From assembly GCA_030770535.1 (NCBI GenBank), contig JASVEC010000125.1:1-44861 (forward strand): a DNA stretch of 44,861 bases, in the 5' to 3' direction. Position numbers and translations under genes: made by a program. A model generated the notes under the pieces. It did not search any database. It was not told the DNA's origin and was given only the letters and a program-made list of their open reading frames with translations. Below, piece after piece: positions 35,113-44,861 of this stretch; positions within the stretch are counted from its first letter, which is position 1; the number at the start of each line of letters is the position of its first letter. The DNA is from Batkoa obscura (Eukaryota).

Positions 35113-36018
35113 ATATTATCTGATGAATATTTATTATCATTATTTTTTTTATTAAATCTTGATGAAATAGTTGAATCATTTAGTAAATATTGTATGATAG
35201 TTTCAATTTGGTCATCTTTAATTTTTTTTGTATTTTTAATAATAGGTTTTAATGTTGATATTTTATTATTGAGGATGTATTTTTGTGTTTAAGAATTCTA
35301 CTAACAAATTTTCCGCTTAAATAGCGCTTAAAAAATGGAAAAATAATGAAGTTAAAAAAAACACTCCCATTATTACTTATTTTTGAATAATCATATTGAT
35401 TTCTATTTATATTAAACTCAAAACTCTTACATTCATCAAAAGAATATACTGAAGCTATAGTTGATAATAACGCTACTCGTTGATTCTTATTTCCTGTTTC
35501 CCTTAAAGCACTAATTTTATACATTGCTTGATTAAGTTTATTATTATTGATAGTGAACTTTGATAATATATCTTCTCTTTGTTTTGTTTTATTATAAAAT
35601 TCCATAAACCTTGGGTTGTTATAAGTAGCTCTCAAATTGATGTAAATGAATTACAATGTTTATATTGTGTACTCCCCCTACTGTATTGAAATTTTCAAAA
35701 ATTCCATTTCGAAGTTAGTTATGAAAGTTTGCATTTTATTTTTATTTCAACAAAAAATAAAGTCAAATAAACTGTATTTATATAATTATATAATCATATA
35801 GTTATATATTATATATCTATTAAATATTTAACAGAAATAATGTAAAACATATAGTTAGGAAAATGAGCTATTAAGAAAATGAAATAATTAAAATAAAATT
35901 TAAATAAAGAGATTTAATTTGGGCTTTTTAGATTTAACCGTCATATTAGACACAAATTTAAAAGTCTAAATTTTGGATTAACTTCCAAGTAAATTTTAGA
36001 ATCAATTTGGACAACCCC
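35113..36018 (-). mobile_element. Left half of the Sola-like element, inverted
   Basis: Left TIR (rc) ends ..GGACAACCCC at 36018; encodes MEFYNKTKQREDILSKFTINNNKLNQAMYKISALRETG; MITE at 35271. Confidence 0.88.
35271..35368 (-). mobile_element. 98-bp MITE in transposase
   Basis: Inserted in an ATT run with apparent 3-bp duplication. Confidence 0.88.
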
Positions 36019-36525
36019 ATATAACAAAGTAAAACCAGTATTATAAAAACATGCAATTCAGTGCTATCTATTTTATAAATTTTAGCAAGTTTTAAAATTT
36101 AACTAACCAGTTTATACTAAATGGGTTTTGAGACCTATCTTTAAAGGTTTTTAGACAATAGCTAATCCTTAAGTTAAAAAATAAGTTTAAACTTATGATA
36201 AAAAATCCAGTTTTTTTTGTATTTTTAAATACTTTGACTTTTAAAAGTTCAATTCTCAAAACTTTTTATACTATCATGTTAAAATTTATATCAAAATTAT
36301 ATAAGGTTTGAATACTACAAAGTTTTTAGCATTTGGTAAAAGATTCATAAAAGGTTATAGTTATAAATAAACATAATATTTATAATGATTTTTCAATTAT
36401 GATCATAGAAATTTATTATAAATTTTAATTAAATTCTGTAATTGAACAGTTTTTTAAGTATAGTGTTTATTCAATCAATCATTTTTATTATTCTATAAGC
36501 TGCTCTATTTTAAAATTTACCATCT

Positions 36526-38475
36526 TTAACTTAAAACTGTTTTAGTTCTAATTGATCGTTTAATACGTTCCGACAAAGATCTATCTTTTTTACCAACTAA
36601 TGCGGTGACAATACCACTTTTACCAGCACGAGCAGTTCGACCGCATCTATGTAAGAAATCAACTACCGAAGTCGGAAAGTCATATAATATTACATGATTT
36701 ACTGAAGTAGTATCAAGGCCACGTGAAGCTATATCAGTGCACAAAAGTATTTTGGGATTTTTATCTATTGTGGTATCAGTTTCAGGATCAGTTTCAGTTT
36801 CACGAGTAGAACTCGAAAAAGCATATGAACTAGATACTGTTGGTGAGCTTGGATAAAGAAATTGTTGAATCTCTTTCTCAGTTGCTGGTGGAGTATTAGG
36901 AAAAGGGTCCTTACCATAAAGTGATATACTTGGTATTTTTCTATCCATCAAAAAAGTTTGTGCGATTGAGACTGATTTACGAGTATTGCAAAATATTATG
37001 ATTCTATCCCTTGATTTTTGTTGAGCAGTGCTCGAGGTTCTTTGATCAAACTGCCTCAAAATATCCAAAAGCGCCAACTGTCTATTACCCTGATAATCTT
37101 TCAAATCAACGAAGTGTTGCTTACAGTTTGGAAGGGCTTTATGCAAAGAAGGAGTGGTAATTTTAAGTATATTAGGGAAAAGCTTATCAAGGGTTTGAAG
37201 GACTAATTTAGGTAAAGTTGCAGAGACTATTTGAATTTGGTAACTTCTTTTTAATTTCTCATTGGTCTTCTTAACTCCATCTATAATATCTTTAACATCA
37301 CCAGCAAACCCTTTTTCAAACATAGTGTCTGCTTCATCAATTGCCATTTGCGTCACTTCAGATAAAGATAAATTTCCAGTAAGTAGATAACGTTTTAATG
37401 ATGCTGGGGTAGTTACCAAAATATCAAATGGTGTATTCAATCTACGCAAAAAATCCTTTCTTACTGTTGATCTGGTTAGCAAAACTGCACGAAATTTTAC
37501 TAAATGAGATATTTTTTTTGAAACTGCATATACCTGTTCTGCTAAGGCACAGCTCGGTACAAGCACTATTGCCCTTGGCCTGTTTAGTTTACGTAAATCA
37601 GTGGTGCTTAGAAGTCTAAGCTCTTGACTATTCAGAACATCTTTGTTATTCATTTCCATATTATTCAGTAAAACATCGTTTCCTTCTTCAGATTTGAGTT
37701 TAGAAATTATTGGTAGTAAATAAGCTAAAGTCTTTCCAGAACCGGTTTCAGCTGCTAAGAGAATATGGGATTTATTGTTTTTCAAAAGCTCTGGGACGGC
37801 TAGTGCTTGAATCTCAGTAGGCTTCAATTTGGTTGGCTCAATATTTGGAAATAGCTTTTGAATGCTTTCTAATAGCTGAGGATGAAGCCCTAAATCTTCA
37901 AAATTTAATTCTTTTATTCTCTTCTCTAAGGACTCTATAGTTTCGGTTTCTGCCATATCAAATTTCGTAACTTTAACTTGATTACTATTCCCTATTTCCT
38001 TAACTTTAGGTTTATCTCTACGATTGCGCTCCCGTTCTTTAAACTTTTTCTTTGCGCTAATAGTCTCATAGGTTAGATTTAAGTTTGGTTTTAGCCCTTT
38101 TTTAATATCCGAGGGTAGAGATTCCAGTTTAAATCTGGTTGGAATAAAACCTCGAGTTTTTTTTGAAACTGGTTTCGCTGTGAATCTTTTACTCTTTTCC
38201 TGTTTAACTAACATTCTTCTACGTTCATTTCCTGTCAATCCGTCAGGCCTTTTATGCTTCAAAAGGGATGAATAACTTACTTTCGATCTACTTCTTTCAT
38301 TTAATTGTGTTGAAGTATAAAAAGTATTATAGAGGTTGAGTGCTGGGATGCTATTTTCTTTTCTTATAGAAGAGTCATAAAGTTTACTTTTTCCTATAAA
38401 ATTAATAGAATTTAAACCATTTTTTTTAAGGATACTGCTTCTAGATACTATTAATTTAATACGACTAAAAATCAT
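36526..38475 (-). CDS. DEAD-box RNA helicase, mitochondrial Mrh4/DDX28-like
   Basis: 649-aa ORF; Q motif PTEIQ, AAETGSGKT, DEAD, SAT, SRGLD, HRCGRTAR; basic/Ser-rich N-terminus like a mitochondrial presequence. Confidence 0.9.
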   Translation of the reverse strand: MIFSRIKLIVSRSSILKKNGLNSINFIGKSKLYDSSIRKENSIPALNLYNTFYTSTQLNERSRSKVSYSSLLKHKRPDGLTGNERRRMLVKQEKSKRFTAKPVSKKTRGFIPTRFKLESLPSDIKKGLKPNLNLTYETISAKKKFKERERNRRDKPKVKEIGNSNQVKVTKFDMAETETIESLEKRIKELNFEDLGLHPQLLESIQKLFPNIEPTKLKPTEIQALAVPELLKNNKSHILLAAETGSGKTLAYLLPIISKLKSEEGNDVLLNNMEMNNKDVLNSQELRLLSTTDLRKLNRPRAIVLVPSCALAEQVYAVSKKISHLVKFRAVLLTRSTVRKDFLRRLNTPFDILVTTPASLKRYLLTGNLSLSEVTQMAIDEADTMFEKGFAGDVKDIIDGVKKTNEKLKRSYQIQIVSATLPKLVLQTLDKLFPNILKITTPSLHKALPNCKQHFVDLKDYQGNRQLALLDILRQFDQRTSSTAQQKSRDRIIIFCNTRKSVSIAQTFLMDRKIPSISLYGKDPFPNTPPATEKEIQQFLYPSSPTVSSSYAFSSSTRETETDPETDTTIDKNPKILLCTDIASRGLDTTSVNHVILYDFPTSVVDFLHRCGRTARAGKSGIVTALVGKKDRSLSERIKRSIRTKTVLS

Positions 38476-38917
38476 TTATACACTTTAAAAAACAAAAATA
38501 TTAAAAAATAACTTTTGTATAAGTATATAATTGGAAATTCTTAGCTTCGAATTTACCCAATCATTTTTAGGAATATAATCCTTTAACTTCAAATTCGATA
38601 GTATAATAATAATTCAATTATTATTTTATACTTTAAAGATGAACAGTGTGGTTAAAATACAAAAAAGCGTATATTTATCTATACATTATATATGGTATTG
38701 ATATGATCGCTCTAAAACATACAAGCTTTATTTTGATATTAAGTTGTGACAATCAAATTCTGAGATACTACTTAATATTATCTTATAAAAGTAGTTTGAA
38801 AAATAATTATCACAATTTAATTTAGATTTTAACAGATTTACTCTAATAAACAAGCTATATGATTGTAAGTATAATATATTTAAGTGCCTTTTTATTAATA
38901 TATTTATTAAATTTAAA

Positions 38918-41056
38918 TTAAGTCTCCTTGTTGATATCCACTGATTTACAGTTTTTACTACTTTGAGTTGATTCTTTTGATTCCAGAAAGTCAATTTTGC
39001 GTTTATTATATTGTACAATAGAAAGTTGTCTATCATCATTATTTTCTTGAAGCACATCTAGTTCTCCGCCACTCATCTTACTCCTTTCCTTTATTTCTTT
39101 TACTTCTTCATAGTACTTATCAATATTTAAAATAATTTCACTATCCAAAGATATTTCAGAATCTGGATGCTCGTCTTTTCTATATTTATCGATCTGGTCA
39201 TACTCATTACATGGATCTAAACACAAAAGAGGGTTTGATTGCATTTTTGGTGCAGGTAAAAATCCATCTCTATTTTTCGATGCAATAGCAACTTCTTTAG
39301 CATCAAATAAAATCGCCTTTGTTGATTTTTTGTTATCCGGCAGTTTGAAAGGCGATGGGGGCGTAAGCAAACAATAATCTTTTATTGGTGTTATATCTAA
39401 CAAGGTATCTATATTATTATTAAGATCTTCTAATTCTCTTTCATTCTCACTTAAAGAGACATCATCTGAATTATCACTTGTAACATAAGTGTCTAAATTC
39501 TCATTTTCAGATTGTAGTGCTTCAAAGCTCTCATTTTCATCTTCTTCATTACTATCACTCCTTCCTTGTGATGAGAATTGATTGGTGTTTTCACGATATA
39601 TAAATCTCTGCCATTATAAGTATCTGTGCTTTTATTGTTGTACTGATTTAAGGGTATAGTGTAATCGCTTTGAGATATAAAATCAGTATTTAAATATTCT
39701 TTTCCGTTAGATGCCTTTGGTTTTGACTTAATAGTTGCTTCTGCAGTATTAGATTGTGAAGTAGTATTGAACTGCGCAAATTTTGGAGATCCGATGATAC
39801 GAGATAAAATTGTTCTGGGCGTTGCTGTTGAATCTAATGATTTTTCATCCAAATCTCCATTTTCAGAGGTAAAGTTAAAGTTTTTATCCATAGTACTATT
39901 CCCAACGTTGTCGAGGTTGTAATTACTATCATTAGTTGATTTTAATAATTCGCTATCTATTAGTTCCTGATTTTTTGGCTCTAATATTATTTTTTTCTTG
40001 ATTTCTAATTCCACTTGATCTTTACTAACTTGGGGGGTTATTGGGTTGAAATTTCTATGTGAATTACTATAAGGTTGATCAGAGGTAAAAGTGTTTGACG
40101 AATCCTTATGGCTTTGATTTTTACTCCTATCATTCGTCAGATGTGCCTCAGCGTCATTTTTAGTCTTTACTTCTATTGTAAAATTGTCACTTTTTGATGT
40201 AAATTTCTTTTGTATATTTGATTGATTGTCAAACCCGGGAAGAAGACATTCAATGTTTTTTTATTGTTGGAAAACCATTCGGAAATAAAGCTGAATATTT
40301 ACTAGGGATGAAAGGAAACTCACGTTTAAAATCATTGACTTTTAATTTCATTTTCTTTGGCATGGAAATGACCAAATTCTTCCCCAGATAAGGGTTGCGT
40401 TTTAAAAAGCAAAAAGACGCGAGTTGACTAATTTTACAAGCATCAAAATAAGTGCAATGAACTCCATAAATCAGAGATGATTCTATAATGTTTTCATGAT
40501 ATACTAAAATAGAAGAATCAAAATAGCAAATTGCAAGTTCAAGGAGTTTCAAACCCGAATATTCAGCGAATGGGTGGTTCCTTTGAATGATTTCACAAAA
40601 CAAAGGTATTAAATTGCTTGAAGGGCAAATGATAGATATCATTACAACACAATCGAAGGCCTTTTTTCTTACGCTTAGACAATAATTATCTAAACAACAC
40701 AGTATCTTTGGAACGTAAAAAGGTATTAATGGATTGAAATCTTCTTTAAGGACCAACAATACATCCATAAACATTTGAATCAAAAGCGCTAACTGAGACA
40801 TTTCGCCATGTTCAAACTAAAAACGTTAGAGTCATAAAATAAAACATAGTAGATAAAAACTTACAACTAAGCTCAATGAATCATAAATCTGCTGTAAATA
40901 ATAAATAAATTCTAAAGGGTGTTTTTTAGCGACTTCAATCAATTCTATTAATTTAAATAAAGATGTTTTCAAGTATATACTGTTATTGCATATTAAATCT
41001 TTTCTAAAATTGTTTTTAATTCCTTCTATTAACTTTTGTAAGTCTTTTAATGACAT
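38918..41056 (-). CDS. CLASP-N/HEAT (Stu1-like) domain protein with disordered tail; one intron and two apparent frameshifts
   Basis: Helical HEAT-like N-terminus (FNPLIPFYVPKILCCLDN...VRKKAFDCV); intron ~40864-40819; ORFs 40250, 39493 and 38918 join by shifts at an A7 run (~40256-40262) and probably an AT repeat (~39600). Confidence 0.55.
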
Positions 41057-42277
41057 TTTGAAAAATAACATTGCATAAAAGTACAATTTAACTTTTAAAT
41101 TTGATCTTTACTAAATTCTGATTGGGCAGCAATAGCCTACAAAAAAAACAATTAAAAAACAAGTTACAAAAAATGTAACTATTTCGATTCTATTGAGACT
41201 TAATTAACCGTTCATTTAGAGATAAAATTTAACTAGAACTATAATTTAATATAATAACAAAGTTTAGAGAAGCAGTTAAATAAGAATTCTGTTATAAGGC
41301 CGTTGCTAATTAGATCACAATAAAATTGCAACAGGATAGACAAAAGGTTAATTTAAATCTGACTGAACTTAAATTATGAAATAAATTTGATTAGTTTATT
41401 ATTCAAATTAACTCAAATCAAAATAATTAAGGTTGAAACTCAAAACTTTTTTACAAAAGCTCATAATTATAAAAATAATTCAAATGTAAAAAATTATATT
41501 AAAACCAATTAATTACAAAGCAAATATTGGTATAAATCTTAGCTTACTCTTTATTTATACTTCATTGTTATAAAAGTTTTAATATTGTTTTTACATTATT
41601 CTGGCTTATGTAAAAAGTAAGTTTCGATTTTGATTATTTTACATCTAAGTCAATTTAAGTAATCAAATTAATTGAATTTTTGAAATATAAAAAATTAGTT
41701 TTGAAATTCATTTAATATAAAGCTATTTAAACTTTAAAACATTGGAAAATTATAAAATGATTAGCTTAAAGTTGTATTTTTATGTTTATCTTTATATTTT
41801 ATCATATTATTAGGTAAATTTTAATATTAAATATAAACTAATATAATGAGTATTTTTTAATATTATAAAATTATTCAAAAAAACACAATTCATAATATTT
41901 TAGCTCTAACCTTCTCAAAAAGAATTTATATTAATGAAATTACAATAATTGGGTCTTTAAAATAAAAAAAGGCTTAAAGTTTCAGGTTAAAGTTAGAATT
42001 ATAAAAAACAATTGACTATCAGCTCGAACTTTTAAAGCCAAAACTTATGATATTGTAGATTAAAATGAGTACCAAAAAACAATTTCAAGCTGTAAGAAAT
42101 AACTATAGTTTGGCTAATATCTGTTGTATCCTTGAAGAGCCAATATCTTCCCAAAACCTTTCGTGACTCCTATATTAAATCCAGTTCTTACTAAGCAAAA
42201 TCAAATATTTACGCACTATTTAAATTTTTACTCAGCTTTTTGTTTACCTATTTTGCAACTAAAACAAAATAAAAAAA

Positions 42278-44861
42278 GTGGTGAGAACAAAAAGACAAAC
42301 TTCTCCTTCACATCAACAAAAAACCAGTAATATAGATAGTGATAGCGATATGGAGGGAAAAATAAATGATATATCTCCCAAGAAATCAAGCTCTAAAAGA
42401 AGCTCAAATATTTTTGACTTGAGTACAACGGAATTTAACATCGGATCATCCACTTTAAACAATAGTAATGGAGGCAATGCTGGCAGTTTTAACCTTGAAA
42501 CATCTACTTCAAATGGTAACACCAGAAGCAATTATCACGAATTTACTACTATGCCATCCACTTTAAATAATAACAATGTCCAAAGCAATGTTGTTGATTC
42601 TAATAAGAATAATGATCCTGAAATTATATATAAAGACAACAAAATTAAAAAAAGGGGTTATCTGAATCTAACCCAACAGCACTAAATGATGCAAATGCCT
42701 CAATCAATGGATCAAGCATCGATATTAGAAGCTTTAATAAGAGAAGGATAGAAGACAGCTTTAAAAAAGATTCTAGCTTAAAATCAGATATCATAAAGGG
42801 TGAAGAAAAAGAGTATACTAAGACATCACATGTTTCAATAAAGTCTGAGAATGATTATTTAGGGTTTAGAAACAACATCTTAAACCCTTATGGTAATGCT
42901 AAATCTAAATTTAACACTGATTCGAATGAATCGAATGGGGATAAGACATACTTTATAGAAACAAAGGAAGACGGTAATGTAGCAGATTATTTTAAGGATT
43001 TTTCAAACATAAACAATCAAAGTACAAGTTTTCAAAAGGAAATATTAGTTAAGGAGGAGCAAGAATCTAAGTCTATAAGCGGTGGAATTTATAAAAATGT
43101 AGCACAAAAATATTTTGGATCTCAGTTAAATAGTCAAGGTTCTATCAAAGCAGAATCTGATTTACAATCGCTAAACAGTCTAGAAAGTGCGGGAAAAAAT
43201 GATGTAGATTTGAACAAAAGGGCAGATTTTGATGCTAACAAACCTCTTAAAGGTCTTGATCAAATAATAAGAAATTACAGTGGCGACATTTTTGATCAAT
43301 CAAAATTTGAAGGCATTAAAAATTCAATAGAAAAGGACTGTAGTTCTGTTGAAATCCATGGAGCCCAATTTTTAAATAAAGAGGAACTCGGACTTAGAGC
43401 GCCTTCTGGGTTTGGGGAAATCAAAACATTGAAGATTTACAAAGATGAAGTTAAAGGAGATAATCGTACTAACTTCAATAACATTACTAATGTCATCATC
43501 AGCAATGATAACCAGCCAATGGCCCAGTCGTTTGATTTCCTTAAGGAATTGACAAAAAATGGAAGCTTTGAAGATCAATTAGCTGGACTTATTAGAGTTC
43601 CAAAAGAACATAGATATGAGGTATTTAACTATTATAACCTTTCTCTAATATACTTATAGCAATTAGAGCTTAAAAATAAACCAAGATAAAGAGGGCGCGG
43701 TCAATAATCCATTCAACAAAGTATTTTTTAAACATAGCACTAGTCTAAAAATTAATTAGCATTTAGGATACAGAATTTGAAGAAAACAAGAAATCAAATT
43801 TATTTGATCTTGACCCCCTTCGTCTTGCAAAAGATCCATTTACTGTTCACACAATCCGAGCATTTCTTAACAGTAATAATAAGAACTTCGAAGACCCAAA
43901 TAGTATATTCTCATTCAAAAATGACAATAATTTAAATGAAAGGTCAAGAAACGCGAAAGATGACGTAATTGGTTTATGTTTGATTTATTAATCAATTTAC
44001 TAATTTTATTTGACAGGAAAAATATACTAAATATGATTTGATTAAAGACATGAGAAATGAAAGCTATTCCAAGTATTATCCAGTAATAAAAGAGTTCATC
44101 CACAAGATTAGCAAATATGAGAGCTTTAATCCTGTTATTGAATTTGAAAAAGCATTCAAATCAATTAATCTTAAATCAGTACGTTTTATATGATAATTTA
44201 TATGCAGTGGTTAACCTTGTTTTAGGATAAACATATTGGGGAAACATGGAAGATACTATCATATTTAACAACAGAGCGTTATGATTCTTCAGATTCATCT
44301 AAAATTAAACAAGTTTCGAAGTAAAATTCTCAAGAGAGTATCAAGCTGCTACTGTTGAAGACCATCAGTCGCTTATGAGTATACAATCAAGAATGAATCT
44401 TAATCAAGCCTCTTTAGCTTATCTTCATTCGGAGTAAGCCCTTGATCATAAATATACTGCATTTATTTACTTTTATAGCTTTATTGAATTGATCAAAGAG
44501 TTTGTAAATCAAAAGATAATATATTGTGAACTTGGAGGAAATCCTACCATCAATGATTTTATTAAAGCATTCATCAAACTTAAGTTCAGAACCTTAAAAA
44601 TGAGAAGCGGAGGTTATGAAGTTTATGTAACTTTTATTTAATCAAATGATTTTATATTAAAATATTTTAGGAATCCCCAAAAACATATTTCTGGACACAT
44701 CTTTACTATTTATTTAGATGTGGATTGTATAAGGATTGTAGTGATTATTGCTATATGAGTGCCTCTTTAAACTTTAATGAATCAGAAAAATATATATTGG
44801 AATGTTTTATAACTTTTTTGAATCGTGATGATAAATTGTAATTTAATGTTAAAAAAATAAG
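42278..44861 (+). CDS. Nic96/Nup93-like nucleoporin with long low-complexity N-terminus; spliced, truncated by window end
   Basis: Manual splicing gives IGETWKILSYL, ELGGNPTINDFIKAFIKLKF and FWTHLYYLFRCG, resembling Nup93/Nic96 motifs (LGGxP...AF; WxxxYYxxRCG). Needs two 1-nt shifts (~42650, ~44308); apparent start codon is GTG. Confidence 0.7.

Noticed and set aside
35120..35175. CTGATGA...GAAA hammerhead ribozyme core
   Set aside because: No convincing stems; it is antisense transposase coding sequence.
13879..35368. Dispersed ~98-bp repeats as a CRISPR-like array
   Set aside because: Irregular spacing, both orientations, TSDs and terminal IRs show they are MITEs; no cas genes.
39580..44310. 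Programmed ribosomal frameshifting in host genes
   Set aside because: Shifts differ in direction and share no motif beyond simple repeats; sequencing error is more parsimonious.

Overview
Very AT-rich eukaryotic DNA with short (~40-60 nt) GT-AG introns; gene content and intron style suggest an early-diverging fungus (inference). Host genes flank the window: a PH-domain protein, a CreA/Mig1-type C2H2 repressor, a Kelch-repeat membrane protein and a Fun30/SMARCAD1-like SNF2 remodeller on the left; an Mrh4-like DEAD-box helicase, a CLASP-N/HEAT protein and a Nic96/Nup93-like gene on the right. Between ~13.8 and 36 kb is a transposon nest dominated by one cut-and-paste family: a ~2.4-kb element with GGGG...CCCC termini and a Sola-like (Sola2-type DDD) transposase, its ~1.25-kb deletion derivatives, and ~30 copies of a 98-bp MITE made of the element's two end motifs, with 4-bp TSDs (mostly ATAT). 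Main observations: MITE+TSD is 102 bp and stop-free in one frame, so it inserts in-frame into the transposase; variation is concentrated at element termini and in MITEs; the elements insert into themselves at recurrent sites; MITEs and an internal stem-loop mark inversion/fold-back junctions. Two solo LTRs are present. All alignments and counts were done by eye.
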